From Okamejei kenojei (Eukaryota): DNA of 64,000 nucleotides. The position numbers and the translations under genes are program-made. The stretch lies in the NCBI GenBank assembly GCA_035221665.1, contig CM069148.1, positions 32,922,001 through 32,986,000 on the forward strand. The letters are read 5' to 3'. The notes under the pieces were generated by a model. It had not been told where the DNA came from. It was given only the letters and a program-made list of their open reading frames with translations, and did not search any database. Shown piece after piece: positions 39,505 to 52,501 of the stretch (within the stretch, counting starts at the first letter, position 1; each line of letters begins with the position of its first letter).

Positions 39505-40635
39505 GTGTGTTTTAACAATACTGGGTACAAAAAGTGTGACATCATACATAGGGAGAGATAGTTCATGAAGTTTGAGAAAATTTCATTAAAAAACAAAATT
39601 CTTTGTTTAACATGCGTTTCTATGCGTTTTTTTACACTTTACATTTGGTGTCCACCATAACAACTGTTACATGCAATTTAGAAAGTCATTTTATTCTAAA
39701 GCATAATAAAAAAAATATTATTTATTTAAAGCATAATAAAGAAGCTGATGTCTTCACTTTTGCTGTTGTTCAACATATAAATAAATGTACTTTCTTGCTA
39801 TAAACATGGAGTATATGACCAAATGTGTAATATTCCTGTTATCTACTGAAACATGCGTTATGCTCGTTACACAGTAGACACCCAAATGAAAGTAGCTCCT
39901 GTTTCTTCCAGTATTTCTTATTTTGTAATTTCTTTCTCATGTTTTGAATAAACTTCATGGAAGTAATTGGCCATACATAATAAGAGACTGTGGATACATA
40001 ATTCGATGGAAATATAGCTACTGTAAAATGCTGGTGTTATGTGTGTGATGGTGGACACCAAAAATATTCATTAATTTTGGCATGCAGCAGCTTTTACAGA
40101 ATCTTGATATTAAGGTTACTTTCATCTCATAATTTAATTATCTATTGAGTTCTTCAAACTAGAACATTTTCAATCTCCTTGGGAAGTTCTTTGGTCTTAA
40201 TTTAGCATTGAGGTGTAACGGTGGTTACTGTAAAATAGGGTGGACACCAAAAGTAACCACCGTTACACTTTGAAATATGGCAATTCAGTGCACAAATTCA
40301 TCAAAAGTTTTGCTTATTACTGTGAACATGCATCTCTGCAAAGCAACAAACTTGAAAATGTTTTGAATTATAATTAAATTCATGCAGAAATTGCCTCTTT
40401 ATTTCATTGTTTCAAAGCATGTCACATTTTTGGTGTCCTAAAAATTGATATTTTTGAGATATAAACTGGTTGAATCGGGGAATTAATTTAATTCCAAACT
40501 TGATCTTACCTCTACTCTCTCTTGCACCTTTGAGTAACAATCCCTGAAAAAATAACACCATACCACTTGAAACAGTGGAGATATGACATTTTTAATGTTC
40601 TGTGCTGAAATCTCTCCAGTATTGTAAAAATACAC
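39505..40635. mobile_element. Non-autonomous TIR DNA transposon with 4-bp TSD (Sola-like)
   Basis: 20-bp TIRs GTGTGTTTTAACAATACTGG / CCAGTATTGTAAAAATACAC; flanks ATAT and ATCT; removing it restores the CR1 3' sequence GGTATATGGAATAAGCTGCC. The superfamily assignment is inference. Confidence 0.7.
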
Positions 40636-41259
40636 ATCTGGAATAAGCTGCCAGAGGAGGTAGTTGAGGCAGGTACTATCACAACATTAATAAACATTTG
40701 GACTGGTATGTGGATAGGACCGGTTTAGAGGGATAGGGGGTAAACATAGGCAGGTGAGACTAGTGCAGATGGGGCATGTTGGTCGGTGTGGGCATGTTGG
40801 GCCAAAAGGGCCTGTTTCTACACTATTCCTCCACGACTCTCCAGTTTTCTTTAATCAATCACTAATTCCAATGATCACTTGGGGAAAACTCTGTTCCCAA
40901 ATCTGTATAAGAAATTAATACATGTCCTCAGTTCCTTGCATGTTGCTAAAGCGTATCCTGAATCCTCCCTGTTTTAACACCGCATCGCGCACGTCTGACA
41001 ATGTGATTATTGCAACCGCCACACCACCTCCTGATTACCGTCCTTTGTATACGATCGTTACAAACCATTGAGCCACTCTGTTTGATATTCGACCACCATC
41101 ACAACGAAAATGTTTTAATGGGAGATGGCCATGTTTATTATCAGCATTATGAAATGTAGCTGAATGGGTTTTACTTAATCATGATTCTGATGTTTATCAC
41201 TCTCAAAAGCTGCTGGGAAATATCTGAACTTAAACCTTGGTGGAAGCACATAATTAATT

Positions 41260-41713
41260 AAGCGCAGGCTCAGATATCGTTTTGCTGAACACCTCCGCTC
41301 AGTCTGACTAGGCCTACGTGATCTCCCGATTGCTAAACACTTTAACTCCCCCTCCCATTTTCATACTAACGTTTCTGCCCTCGGCCTCCTCCACTGTCAG
41401 AGTGAGACCCATTGTAAATTGGAGGATAAGCACCTAATATTTTGCTTGGGCAGCTTAGTATGCTGTATGAATATTGATTTGTATGAATAGTATGAATATT
41501 GATTTCTCTGACTTCAAGTAACCCTTGCTTTCCCTCTCTCCGTCCCTCCCCCATCCTAGTTATCCGACTAGTTCTACTGTCTTGATTAAATATTACTGAT
41601 GGTGTGCCGTGTTATCACCTTCCCCATAGCTAACGATGAACCATTCTACCTTTCCTTATCGTTACCTGCTTTGATCTGTCGTTTATACACATTACTCTTC
41701 CATATCTCTAGAC
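41260..41713 (+). mobile_element. Penelope-like element 3' fragment (GIY-YIG C-terminus), continued at 44087-44195 after a CR1 insertion
   Basis: KRRLRYRFAEHLRSV...IAKHFNSPSH...LIFCLGSL; colinear with the copy at 46990-47497. Confidence 0.75.
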
Positions 41714-41715
41714 CC

Positions 41716-44086
41716 CAAAAAAGGGAGTTTGTGGAGTGCCTCCGTGATGGATGGATTCTTAGAGTAGCTTGTACTAGAGCCTACCAGGGAGAAGGCAATT
41801 CTGGATTTAGTATTGTGTAATGAACCGGATTTGATAAGGGAACGAGGTTAAGGAGCCATTAGGAAGTAGTGACCATAATATGATGTTTTAATCTACAATT
41901 TGAGAGCGAGAAAGGTAACTAGGAGGTGTGAGTATTACAGTTGAACCAAAGGGACTACGGAGCCATGAGGGAGGAGCTGGCCAAAGTTGACTGGAAAGAT
42001 ACCCTAGCAGGGGTGACAATGGAACAACAATGGCAGGTATTTCTGGGAATAATACAGAAGGTGCAGGATCAGTTCATTCCAAAGAGGAAGAAAGATTCCA
42101 AGGGGTGGAAGGGGCGATCATGACTGACAAGGGAAGTCGGGGACAGTATAAAAATAAAAGCGAAGAAGTACAACGTAGCAAAGATGAGCAGGAAGCCAGA
42201 GGATTGGGTAACGTTTAAAGAGCAACAGAAGATAACTAAAAAGGCAATATGGGGAGAAAATATGAGGTACGAAGGTAAGCTAGCCAAGAATATAAAGTAG
42301 GATAGTAAAAGCTTCTTTAGGTATGAACAGGAAAAAATTAGTTAAGACCAAAATTGGACCCTTGAAGACTGAAAAGGGTGAATTTATTATGGGGAACAAG
42401 GAAATGGCAGATTAGTTGAACAGGTACTTTGGATCCGTCTTCACTAAGGAGGACACAAACAATCTTCCTGATGTACTAGTGGCCAGAGGTTCTGGGGTGA
42501 CGGAGGAACTGAAGGAAATCCACATTAGGAAGGAAATAATATTGAGTAGACTGATGGGACTGAAGGCTGATAAATCCCCAGGGCCTGATGGTCTGCATCC
42601 CAGGGTACATAAGGAAGTGGCTCTAGAAATCGTGGATGCATTGGTGATCATTTTCCAATGTTCTATAGATTCAGGATCAGTTCCTGTGGATTGGAAGGTT
42701 GCTAATGTTATCTCACTTTTTAAAAAAGGCAGGAGAGAGAAAACAGGGAATATTAGACCAGTTAGCCTGACATCAGTGGTGGGGAAGATGCTGGAGTCAA
42801 TCATAAAAGTTGAAATAGCGGCACATTTGGATAGCAGTAACAGGATCGGTCCGAGTCAGTATGGATTTACGAAGGGGAAATCATGCTTGACTAATCTGGA
42901 ATTTTTTGAAGATGTAACTAGGAAAATGGACAAGAGAGAGCCAGTGGATGTAGTGTACCTGGACTTTCAGAAAGCATTTGATAAGGCCCTACATAGGAGA
43001 TTAGTGAGCAAAATTAGGCCTCATGGTATTGGGGATAGAGTGCTGACATGAATAGAAAATTGGTTGGCAGACAGGAACCAAATAGAAGGGATTAACGGGT
43101 CCCTTTCAGAATGGCAGGCAGTGACTAGTGGGGTACCGCAAAGCTCGGTACTGGGACCGCAGCTATTAACAATATATATCAATGATTTAGATGAAGGGAT
43201 TACAAGTAACATTAGCAAATGTGCAGATGATGCAAAGCTGGGTGGCAGTGTGAACTGTGAGGAGGATGCTATGAGAATACAGGGTGACTTGGACAGGTTG
43301 TGGGAGTGGGCAGATGCATGGCAGATGAAGTATAATGCCCATAAATATGAGGTTATCTACTTTGGTAACAAAAACAGGAAGGCAGATTGTTATCTAAATG
43401 GTGTCAAGTTGGGAAAAGGGGAAGTACAACAGGATCTGGGGGTCCTTGTTCATCAGTCAATGAAAGTAAGCATGCAGGTACAACAGGCAGTGAATAAAGC
43501 GAATAGTATGTGGGCCATCATAACAAGAGGAGTTGAGTATAGGAGCAAAGAGGTCCTTCTGAAGTTGTACAGGGCCCTAGTCAGACCACACCTGGAGTAT
43601 TGTGTACAGTTTTGGTCTCCAAATTTGAGGAAGGACATTCTTGCTATTGAGGGAGTGCAGCGTAGGTTCACATGGTTAATTCCCAGGATGACGGGACTGT
43701 CATGCTGAGAGAATGGAGCGGCTGGGCTTGTATACTCTGGAATTTAGAGGGATGAGAGGGGGTCTTATTGAAACATTGGGGGAGTCCAGAACCAGGGGCC
43801 ACAGTTTAAGAATAAGGGGTGAGCCATTTAAAACGGAGATGAGGAAATACTTTTTCACACAGAGAGTTGTGAGTCTGTGGAATTCTCTGCCTCAGAGGGC
43901 GATGGAGGCCGGTTCTCTGGATATTTTCAAGAGAGAGCTAGATAGGGCTCTTAAAGATAGCGGAGTCAGGGGATATGGGGAGTAGGCAAGAACAGCGTAC
44001 TGATTGTGGATGATCAGCCATGATATTGAATGGTGGCGCTGGCTCGAAGGGCCGAATGGCCTACTCCTGCACCTGTTGTCTATTGT
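41716..44086 (+). mobile_element. 5'-truncated CR1 LINE (ORF2 with stops)
   Basis: KSPGPDGLHP, RPVSLTSV, YLDFQKAFDK, SGVPQ, KCADD, LVRPHLEYCVQFWSP; CR1 3' tail. Confidence 0.93.
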
Positions 44087-44882
44087 CTCCCTCTCCCCGA
44101 CTCTCAGTCTGCAGAAGGGTCTTGACCCAAAACGTCACCCATTCCTTCTTTCCAGTCTGCCTGTCCTTCTGAGTTACTCCAGCATTTTGTGTCCAACTGT
44201 TTCTTGTTTTTGATTGTATAAATAGCTTTCCCTTTCAAATAGCTTTTCCTTTCATTAAAGACTCTCTTGTTCCCAGGGGATACAGATTTTAAAAATTGGT
44301 CAACTTTTAGTCTGTATAAATCTCCTATGAGTTACCACTTCCTTTAGTGGTAGGCCACAACCATAAATGTGAAGTTATAAACATCAGAGAATGCTGAACA
44401 GGCTGAGGCTATTCCCTCACGTAAAACTAATGCAGAGGGGTGGCTGTTGGTCACCTTTATTGTGGAATATATTTCTGGTACTGCAGTCCCATCCATTTCT
44501 CTTCTTCTGATCAGTGATTATACACAAGTCCAATCGTCGTCCTTTTTTCTTGTATATTTCCGGGGTTTTTTTTCATTCCATTTACTTTGCTCTACCAATA
44601 TTTGATTCCAATCCAGAGCCAAAGAATAAATGGACGCATTGTAACATCTCTGTTCACAGAATGAAAGTGATTGGATTTTAATTTGTATTGATATAAATGT
44701 AAGGTTCTTGAATCTTGAGCCATTCCACATTTTTTATGTTTCCTTATTCAATCTTCTTTGTTTGGATATGAATGCATGTTTCTTTTTAGAATTACACTGT
44801 TAAATTGATAATCTTTTAAAAATAAAGGAAAATAAATTATTTGGTGATGGAGTACATAATATTTTCTGGGTATCTCTTTCAG

Positions 44883-44999
44883 AGAGTAAACAGGTCTTTA
44901 TTGAAAGGGCCTATGTAGGGTCTTATACAACGTCATTGGAAATGGGAGGAACCTCTCTGTCCATGATGCATGTGGATCCAGAATTGTTGGAACTTCTGG
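44883..44999 (+). CDS. TKFC: TKFC coding exon (ESKQVFIERAYVGSYTTSLEMGGTSLSMMHVDPELLELL)
   Basis: ctctttcag acceptor, gtgagt donor, 117 nt, phase 1/1; matches [39 protein letters not shown]. Confidence 0.92.
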
Positions 45000-46390
45000 G
45001 TGAGTGCTTTTGGGGAAAAACTGCTATAAAATATACAAAAGTAAAAGCATTACAAAAGCATTGCAAAAGAAATATTGCAAAGTAGGAAATTGAAATAAAA
45101 CAGCATAGTCGCAGAAAAGTAGAGCAGGGCTGACAGCATCTGTAAAATAAGAAATAGCCTTCAGAGCCATGATAAAATTAAAGAGAACATTTAAGATACA
45201 GTGCAAAAGGAAACAAGAGACAAAAAAAGAACTGGGTAGGATAAAAATTCAGACAAAATATCAAAAAAAGTAATACAACGGAAAATAGCATGGTAAAGGG
45301 ACAGCTTTGCAAAAAACCCAAAGATGCAATTGTTACTTTTGGAAGACCATACAGTAGCTTGTCAAAAGATGAAGTGCCAAATGAGAATGAGTTGGACGCA
45401 TAAAATGCAAGCGGGCAAAATGACCACATCAGCTCCATGCAAGGATCACATTGTGATCATGAATATGGTTTCCTAAATTGAAAGAAGTACCTTCACCTTT
45501 ACATTCATCTTTTGAAAAGTGTTTGGTTCTAAATGTTGCCAAACAAGCAAAGAATAGGGCAGGCTCAAAGTACCAGATTGTTTATCCTGCTGTTAATTCA
45601 TATTATACTTCTAATGTCAGAGGAAGACCCTTCGATTGGAAGATATTTTTGGTGATAGTTAAGGAATTAACTATGGTGTCAGTATGAACAGTCCCAATGG
45701 AATGCCAAATTGGGACAGGAGTGGATGATGTGTTTGGTGATGACATTGTGTCAGATGAGAAATGTAGAGGAATAATCTGTTAAATTTTGTGGTTGCCAGC
45801 ATGGAAGATGGTGATGGAAGGAACCCAATTGTAGCCTTGGGAAGTCAGGTCCAAAATGGGGCAGAAGTACTGTAAATGGAATATAAATTATTTGTGCTAG
45901 GAAGGGAAAGAAAAGACCTAACAGCAGAACTGATTTGGAAAGTAGCTTCATTTGAAAAAAGTGTGACAAACTGATTAACTGGGAGAATGGAAGAGTGACC
46001 ACAAAAAAACCCGACATTAATTATAATTTAGATCATTGTGGTAATAGAGTTCATGGTGGGTATTGGTCATTTGTGTATAGTATTAATATGCCTCATTCTT
46101 AACCTCATTGTATACAATTTATTTTAGATGCAAATGACAAGAAGTTCAAGCTATTTCAGTACCTTCTCCATTAAACTGAGATTGTATTAACTCGTCTGAG
46201 TGTTAAATCACTATAAGAGTTTATTAAGATATTATGGTTAAATTAGAAACTCCTTATTTTGGCCTAGTTTCATGTTTTCAAAGTGCAATTATAACAACTG
46301 AATCTCAGTGGGGATTGCATCGTTCCTGTGCATATCTTTTTTTCAATGCGTTTTCATGTAACACAATTCTGCGCTTTGTTGTTCCGACAG

Positions 46391-46510
46391 ACATGCCAAC
46401 TTCAGCCCCCGGTTGGGCCAATGTATCAAGACGTAATCTGGCACGGAAATGTAGGACTCTGAGTGTCCCACACTTGGAACCTGACCATAAAGATACCCCT
46501 CCTGGATCAG
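46391..46510 (+). CDS. TKFC: TKFC coding exon, end of the K domain plus linker (DMPTSAPGWANVSRRNLARKCRTLSVPHLEPDHKDTPPGS)
   Basis: gacag acceptor, gtgaat donor, 120 nt, phase 1/1; matches DAETTAAAWPNV plus linker. Confidence 0.87.
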
Positions 46511-46989
46511 GTGAATTGAATCTCCACCACATATAAGATAATTTCAGTAATGTCACAAATTCAAAGACAAGTTACAGATGATAATTGAATCAAAACGAGA
46601 GGAGGAATGCACAAAATAACTTGGAAAGTGTTGGTGGGAGTAATGGTGGGGGGAGGGTGTCGTGCGGTGAGGAAGAGAAGTGGCCAAACTAACAATCTGT
46701 GAAAAACAAATCTGATTCCTTTGCATCATATGTTCCATTCAAATATAGTAGGAATTATTTGGTTTACAGCATAATAAATATTTAGGTGATATCCAGATGT
46801 ATAGTTAACCTTTTATATTTAGTCGGAAAATTATGTAAATTTTTCCCCTCATTATTTGGATATGAGCTTAGCTTAGTGGTAACACTGTTGATTTGAGGAT
46901 ATTATGAATTATGACACTTTTGGTACATTAGTAAAATTGTGTTGTATCGTTGCGGGATGAGCGTTTGGCTAAGATGCCAAGTCAAACCT

Positions 46990-47497
46990 ATATTTCGGCG
47001 ATTGTTTTGCCGAACCTCGCGCCTACGCGATCTCCCGTTTGCTAAATAATTTTAACTTCCCCTCCCATTCCCACATTGACCTTTCTGTCCTGGGCCTCCT
47101 CCACGGTCAGAGTGAGGCCCATCGCAAATTAGGGGAACAGCACCTCATATTTTGCTTGGGCAGCTTATAACCCAGCGGTATGAATATTGATTTCTCTAAT
47201 TTCGTAACCCTTACTTCCCCTCTCTCTCCATCCCTCCCCCACCCTAGTTCTCCGACTAGTTTCACTGTCCTGATTAATTTTACTGATTGTATGCTTCCTT
47301 GTCACCTTTCCCTCAGTGAACAATGAACCATTCTACTTTTCCTTATCATCACCAGCTTTGATGTATTGTTTTTACACCTTACCCTTCCATATCTCTAGAC
47401 TTCCTCAGCCTGATTCAGTCTGAAGAAGGGTCTTGACCCGAAACGTCACCCATTCCTCTCCAGAGATGCTGCCTTTCCAGCCTTTTGTGTCTATCTT
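46990..47497 (+). mobile_element. Penelope-like element 3' fragment with hammerhead-like motif
   Basis: GIY-YIG C-terminal SHSHIDLSVLGLLH..EQHLIFCLGSL.PSGMNIDFSNF followed by a pLTR carrying CTGAAGA-A-GGGTC-TT-GACCC-GAAA-CGTC (47420-47447). Confidence 0.78.
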
Positions 47498-47769
47498 AAG
47501 TCAAACTTCTTGTTCAGTGAAAATAAAGGTATACAAAAGATTTTTTTGTGTTGCCTTTCCAATTAACACTGAAACAGCTTATTCATTTTTTTTTTTACGT
47601 AGTATCTTTCAGTGCAATAATTAGCTGCTCTTTTTGTCTTCCAAATAATAGTAACTCCTTCGTGAGAAATTAAGAAATTGAAACAGGATTAGGTCATACC
47701 GTTCCTCAAGTTTGCTTTGTTATTCATGAGGTCTTTGCTGAGATATTTCAAGTCTCAACTCCACTCTCT

Positions 47770-50700
47770 AAGAAGCAAAGTTACAGTTAAAACATACACG
47801 TCATGGTGGGAAGTGGACTAGGGTAAGCAGCTGATTGGCAGTCAGATTTCAGCAGCTTGTAGTGATTTTGTATTGTGTTGATATTGTATCCTGTGTAAGG
47901 GGGGAGTATGAAGGCAAGGGCAGTGTACTGTTCTGGATGTCAGATGTGGGAGGTCAGGGAATCTGATAGCCCTCCAGACGTCCACATCTGCGCCAGGTGT
48001 ATCGAGATGGGGCTCCTAAAGGACTGTGTTAGGAACCTGGAGCAGCAGCTCGATGACCTCCGTCTGGTCAGGGAGAGTGAGGAGGCCACAGAGAGGAGCT
48101 ACAGGGAGGTAGTCACTCCCAGACCACAGGAGGCAGACAAGTGGGTCACGGTTAGGAAGGGCAAGGGGCAGAGGCAGGGGCTAGAGAGTACCCCTGTGAC
48201 TGCACACCTGGAAAATAGGTACTCGGGTTTGAGTACGATTGGAGGGGACAGCCTACCTGGGGGCAGCAACAGCGGCCGGGTCTCCGGCACAGAGACCAGC
48301 CCTGATGCTCAGAAGGGTAGCAAAAAGAGGAGGGCAATTGTAATAGGGGACTCTATAGTTAGGGGGTCAGATGGGCGATTCTGTGGACACAGTCAGGAGA
48401 CCCGGATGGTAGTTTGCCTCCCTGGTGCCAGGGTCTCGCATGTGTCAGAACGTGTCCAAAAGATTCTGAAAAGAGAGGAAGAGGAGCCTGATGTTGTGGT
48501 ACACATAGGTACCAATGACATAGACAGAAAAAGAGACGAGGTCCTGAAGGGAGAATTTAGGGAGTTGGGGGGAAAGTTAAGGAGAAGGACCAAAAGGGTA
48601 ACGATTTCAGGATTACTGCCTGTGCCGCGTGACAGTGAGAGTAGGAATGGATGAGGTGGAGGATAAATGCGTGGCTGAGGGACTGGTGCAGTGGGCAGTG
48701 ATTCAAGTTTCTTGATCACTGGGACCTCTTTTGGGGAAGGCATGATCTGTACAAAAAGGACGGGTTGCACTTGAACCCGAGGGGGTCCAATATCTTGGCA
48801 GGGAGATTTGCAGAGGCGACTGGGGAGACTTTAAACTGGACAGGCTGGGGGGAGGGACTCGGGTAGAGGGGGCTAGGGGACAGGGTGTGGGGCAAGAGGC
48901 AGAGAAGGGAAGCACTCGGACCCAAAATGTAGGCGAGAAAGAGGAAAAAGATAATAGACAGAGAATAAGGGATGGTGGGTTTCTAAAATGTGTATATTTT
49001 AATGCTAGGAGCATTGTAAGAAAGGTGGATGAACTGGATTGACACCTGGAAATATGATGTTGTGGCAATCAGTGAAACATGGTTGCAGGAGGGCTGTGAT
49101 TGGAAACTAAATATTCCAGGATTTTGTTGCTTCTGGTGTGATAGAATTGGAGGGACCAGAGGTGGAGGTGTTGCATTGCTTGTCAGAGAGGATATTACAG
49201 CAGTGCTTTGGCAGGATAGATTAGAGGGCTCGTCTAGGAAGGCTATTTGGGTGGAACTGAGAAGTGGAAACGGTGTAGCAACACTTTTAGGGGTGTATTA
49301 TAGACTGCCAAATGGGGAGCGAGAATTGGAAGAGCAAATATGCAAGGAGATAGCAGATATTAGTAGTAAGCACAAGGTAGTGATTGTGGGAGATTTCAAT
49401 TTTCCAAAAAATAGACTGGGAAACACATTCTGTAAATGGGCTGGATGGTTTGGAGTTTGTAAAATGTGTGCAGGATAGTTTTTTGCAGCAGTACATAGAG
49501 GTATCGACCAGAGAAGGGGCAGTGCTGGACCTCCTGTTAGGAAATGAGGTAGGGCAGGTGACGGAGGTATGCGTTGGTGAGCACTTCGGGACCAGTGATC
49601 ACAATACCATTAGTTTCAATATAATTATGGAGAGAGTCAGAACTGGACCTAGGGTGGAGATTTTTGATTGGAGAAAGGCTAACTTTGAGGGAATGCGTAA
49701 GGATTTAAAAGGAGTGAATTGGGACACTTTGTTTTATGGGAAGGATGTAGAAGAGAAATGGAGGACATTTAAAGGGGAAATTGTAAGAGTACAGAATCTT
49801 TATGTCCCTGTTAGGTTGAAATGAAATAGTAAAAATTGGAAAGAGCCATGGTTTTCAAGGGAAATTGGACACTTGTTTCGAAAAAAGAGAGATATCTACA
49901 ATAATTATAGGTGGTATGGAGTAAATGAGGTGCTAGAGGGGTATAAAGAATGTAAAAAGAATCTTAAGAAAGAAATTAGGAAGGCTAAAAGAAGATATGA
50001 GGTTGCTTTGGCAAGAAAGGTGAAAGTAAATCCAAAGGGTTTCTACAGCTATATTAATAGCAAAAGGATAACGAGGGATAAAATTGGACCATTAGAGAGC
50101 CAGAATGGACAGCTATCTGCAGAGCCAAAAGAGATGGGGGAGATATTGCACAATTTATTTTCTCCGGTATTCACCAAGGAGAAGGATATTGAACTCTGTG
50201 AGGCAAGGGAAAAAAGTAGAGTAGCTATGGAAACTATGAGATTCAAAGAGGAGGAAGTACTGACACTTTTGAAAAATATAAAAGTGGATAAATCTCCAGG
50301 TCCTGATAGGATATTCCCTAGGACATTGAGGGAAGTTAGTGTAGAAATAGCAGGAGCTATGACAGAAATATTTCAAATGTCATTAGAAACGGGAATAGTG
50401 CCGGAGGATTGGCGTACTGCGCATGTTGTTCCATTGTTTAAAAAGTGTTCAAAGAATAAACCTAGCAATTATAGACCTGTTAGTTTGACGTCAGTGGTGG
50501 GCAAATTAATGGAAAGGATACTTAGAGATAATATATATAAGCATCTGGATAAACAGGGTCTGATCAGGAACAGTCAATATGGATTTGTGCCTGGAAGATC
50601 ATGTTTGACAAACCTTCTTGAATTTTTTTAAGCGGTTACTAGGGAAATTGATGAGGGTAAAGCAGTGGATGTTGTCTATATGGATTTCAGTAAGGCCTTT

Positions 50701-51855
50701 GACAAGGTTCCCCATGGAAGGTTGGTTAAGAAGGTTCAATCTTTGGGTGTTAATGGCGGAGTAGCAAGATGGATTCAACAGTGGCTGAATGGGAGATGTC
50801 AGAGAGTAATGGTGGATGGCTGTTTGTCAAGTTGGAAGCCGGTGACCAGTGGGGTGCCTCAGGGATCTGTGTTGGGTCCACTGTTGTTTGTCATGTACAT
50901 CAATGATCTGGATGATGGGGTGGAAAATTGGATAAATAAGTATGCAGATGATACTAAGATAGGTGTTGTTGTGGATAATGAAATAGATTTTCAAAGTCTA
51001 CAGAGAGATTTGGGCCATTTGGAAAGGTGGGAGATGGAGTTTAATGTTGATAAGTGTGAAGTGCTACATCTTGGCAGGCCAACTCAAAATAGGACGTACA
51101 TGGTAAATGGTAGGGAATTGAGGAATGCTGTGGAACAGAGAGATCTAGGAATAACTGTGCATAGTTCCCTGAAGGTGGAATCGCATGTAGATAGGGTGGT
51201 AAAGAAAGCCTTTGGTGTGCTGGCCTTTATCAATCAGAGCATTGAATATAGGAGTAGGGAAGTAATGTTAAAATTGTACAAGGCATTGGTAAGACCAATT
51301 CTGGAGTATGGTGTACAATTTTGGTCGCCTAATTATAGGAAGGATGTCAACAAAATAGAGAGCGTACAGAGGAGATTTACTAGAATGTTGCCTGGGTTCC
51401 AGCAACTATGCTACAGAGAAAGGTTGAACAAGTTAGGTCTTTATTCTTTGGAGCGCAGAAGGTTAAGGGGGGACTTGATTGTGGTCTTTAAAATTATGAA
51501 AGGGATAGACAGAGTTGACGTGGATAAGCTTTTCCCATTGAGGGTTGGGAAGATTCAAACAAGAGGGCATGACATGAGAATTAAGGGACAGAAGTTTAGG
51601 GTTAACCTGAGGGGGAACTTCTTTACTCAGAGGGTGGTGGCTGTGTGGAATGAGCTTCCAGCAGAAGTGGTGGAGGCAGGATCGATTTTAACATTTAAAA
51701 GTAAAGTGGATAGGTATATGGACGGGAAGGGAATAGAGGGGTATGGTCTGAGTGCAGGTAGATGGGATTAGGGGAAAACAAATGGTCGGCATGGACTGGA
51801 AGGGCCGAGAGGGCCTGTTTCCGTGCTGTAATTGTTATATGGTTATATTATATGG
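47770..51855 (+). mobile_element. Near full-length CR1 LINE (ORF1 zinc finger/coiled coil/SGNH esterase; ORF2 APE-RT)
   Basis: ORF1 from 47908: CSGC..CARC, IGDSIVR, HIGTND, DGLH; ORF2 ~48980-51771: ISETW, VGDFN, SDH, KSPGPD, YMDFSKAFDKV, SGVPQGSVLGP, YADD; few stops and frameshifts; GTTATATG-type tail. 5' edge approximate. Confidence 0.93.
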
Positions 51856-52501
51856 TCTTGTTTTCAATAAACAAAAATATCCCTTATACCTTTCAATGCC
51901 GTATCTACTTGTCCTGAAATCTTAAAGGATCCATAGGCATGCACTCCATGACTCCACTACCCCTCCTAATAACCTTCCATTTGAAATATCTTCCCTGGTT
52001 TTGTCTGTACCTTAATTTGCCATGTTTCTACTAAATTGACCAGGCCATATTTAATTTCATGAAGTTGATTGCTCTCTTCGTTATCCGACAGTTAATTTGC
52101 GTACCATCTGTAAACTTGCCATTTTCTTTATCATGTTCACTAAATTTCAGTCTAAATCATTAATAAACACAATAAGAACCTAAGGGTTAATTATTAAACC
52201 ACATGGACCGCACTGATAATAACGTTCCAGTCATAAAAACATCCATCAATGATTACGTCTGCTGAGCAAATTTTGGATCCAATTTGCTACTCCCCTTTGG
52301 ATCCCATGCATGTTTACTTTTTGACCAGTCTCCCATTTTCTGAAGTCTTGCTGAGATTTATCTGCCCTCATTGACCCTCCTTATTTTCGCAAATAAAAAT
52401 ACAATCAGGATAGTCCATCTTGGCCCTCCCTGAGCAAATACAAGCTGACTGTCCTTGCTTAATCTATGTTTTTCTCAATTATACTCAGAATTGAATTTAC
52501 T

